NCBI RefSeq assembly: GCF_018977255.1
Contig: NW_024704743.1
Span: forward strand, 44,828,001 to 44,892,000
Direction: 5' to 3'
Source of the DNA: Callorhinchus milii
Taxonomy: Eukaryota
Length of the DNA: 64,000 bases
Positions within the stretch are counted from its first letter, which is position 1; each line of letters starts with the position of its first letter. Shown here in pieces: positions 62,600 through 64,000 of this stretch. Made by a program: the position numbers and the translations under genes. The notes beneath the pieces were generated by a model. The model ran no database searches, had not been told where the DNA came from, and was given only the letters and a program-made list of their open reading frames with translations.

Positions 62600-62832
62600 A
62601 GTGAAATCATTTAAAACCATTGTCTTAAAAATTTTAAATTCTGCAGAATTCTGAACAACAATCTTCCCTTTCGTCCCCATTTGGAAACTGACTTCCACAT
62701 CAATATTTTAGGAAGAGGTGTTTACAATTCAGAAATCAGAGATTAATGAATTGAGCAAGTTTCTAAAAATTCTGAACAATCGTGTATTTTTAAGACAATC
62801 ATCTCAAGGCTAAGACCATGAGAAATTTCAGA
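62600..62832. mobile_element. AT-rich MITE-like element
   Basis: CATTGTCTTAAAAAT and ATTTTTAAGACAAT are inverted; AAGGCTAAGACCATGA is shared with 36108. Confidence 0.55.
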
Positions 62833-63519
62833 CGACAAGTATTTGAGTCTTGCTATGACTGACAAACTGAGATTATTGTGGCTTTATCAATTGGGCACAT
62901 GTCTGCTTTTCCTTCAGGACTTTCACTGCGCGCTATGTAGCACAATTGTTGATGTGAGCTAAGCAAGCATGCTTTTTCCCATGCAGTGTGTTTCATAAAT
63001 GTGTTGCTGTACGCTTATAAATAACTGGAATGCAATTTTAAAAGGGTTATTGAAATTATATTTCAAAATTACAACAAAACATATTTATAAATGCAATGGA
63101 CCAAGTATTCACAACTTACCAAATGGAGGTAAATAGCTCTTAGCTCATATGGAGCAGAAGAAAATCCTTCTTGGCATCCATAACTCTATTCTTATTAAGA
63201 TCCAGCTCATAAAGAACTTCAAGGATATATGTTGTGCTATGCACCTATTACACTGATAGCTACAAGACTTCCAGTTCTCCCATAGATCAACATGGCCTGT
63301 TCTTCAAATCTATGTAGCACTACAATCTCAATCTGAATCTACCTATACAATTTGCTTCAGCTCCATTTTTTGCCTGCGTCCTCTGGTCTTCTAGCCTGAA
63401 TTTATACTTGCTTTCTCACCATTCCTACACCCCATACCCCATCACAGCATTAGAGGCTGAGTTTTGACCCAGTAACCCCTTCTTTCAGGAACTCTCAAAA
63501 TCTGTCTTATGTCTTGCTC

Positions 63520-63920
63520 CATGAAAACCTTGAGCTCAAGATGCTCATCCTCACTTTTAAAGCTGTCCATCGTCCTGCCCCACTTCACCTTGGTGACCTG
63601 CCAAAACCCTACCAACCCACCTGCTCCCTCCGCTCTGGCCTGCTACACGTCCCCCCGCTCCACCAACAGGAGTTGAGCTTTCAGCCTTTCTGCCCATACT
63701 CTCTGGAACTCCATCCTGGAATTCGTTCATTGTCTCCCCACCTATAGCCACTTTCAAGGTCTGCCTCAAGAATGCCTTCTGTCATCTTCCCACCCCTTCT
63801 TGGCCTCCACCCCTCCCGAATCCAACCTCTAGCTCGGGTGCAACTCTTTGACACTGTCCATAACTTTAGGACATTCTTCTGATCTGAAAGGTGCTATTTA
63901 AATGCAATTTGATGTTGTTA
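63520..63920 (+). mobile_element. Old L2 3' end
   Basis: LKMLILTFKAVH motif; TGAAAGGTGCTATTTAAATGC terminus. Confidence 0.75.
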
Positions 63921-64000
63921 AAAATGTTTTCAAACGTTTTTATGTCAATGCTTGAGAATTTGTGTTTTAACACACGTGTCTAAAGGGTTAAATTCCACTG

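Noticed and set aside
55033..63990. TTAACCCTTT ... AAAGGGTTAA as piggyBac-like termini
   Set aside because: Only 10 bp match, 9 kb apart, with no transposase remnant between.
1..64000. CRISPR arrays, operons or other prokaryotic systems
   Set aside because: Sequence is vertebrate-like; recurring motifs are dispersed SINE/LINE copies, not repeat-spacer arrays.

Overview
Vertebrate genomic DNA, repeat-rich and apparently intronic or intergenic. The repeat content points to a cartilaginous fish, possibly a chimaera (inference from remembered repeat families, not a database match). I recognise no host protein-coding gene. Every long ORF with recognisable motifs is retrotransposon-derived. The window holds one near-full-length but frameshifted single-ORF L2 LINE (5341-8452), more than 20 truncated L2 copies, about 10 CR1 fragments, many copies of a tRNA-Ala-derived SINE that shares its 3' stem-loop with L2, older SacSINE1/DeuSINE-like and LF-SINE-like SINEs, and small inverted-repeat (MITE-like) elements. 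The most notable items are: (1) six diverged copies of an unassigned ancient repeat that looks like the 5' region of an RTE-like LINE, two of them forming a ~2 kb inverted pair; (2) a candidate 13-nt microexon with a neural-type splicing context; (3) SINE subfamilies whose 3' loops match or differ from the L2 loop; (4) closely spaced inverted SINE pairs and a compact ~100-nt hairpin; (5) repeat-free, motif-dense candidate conserved non-coding elements. Repeat boundaries are by eye and approximate.
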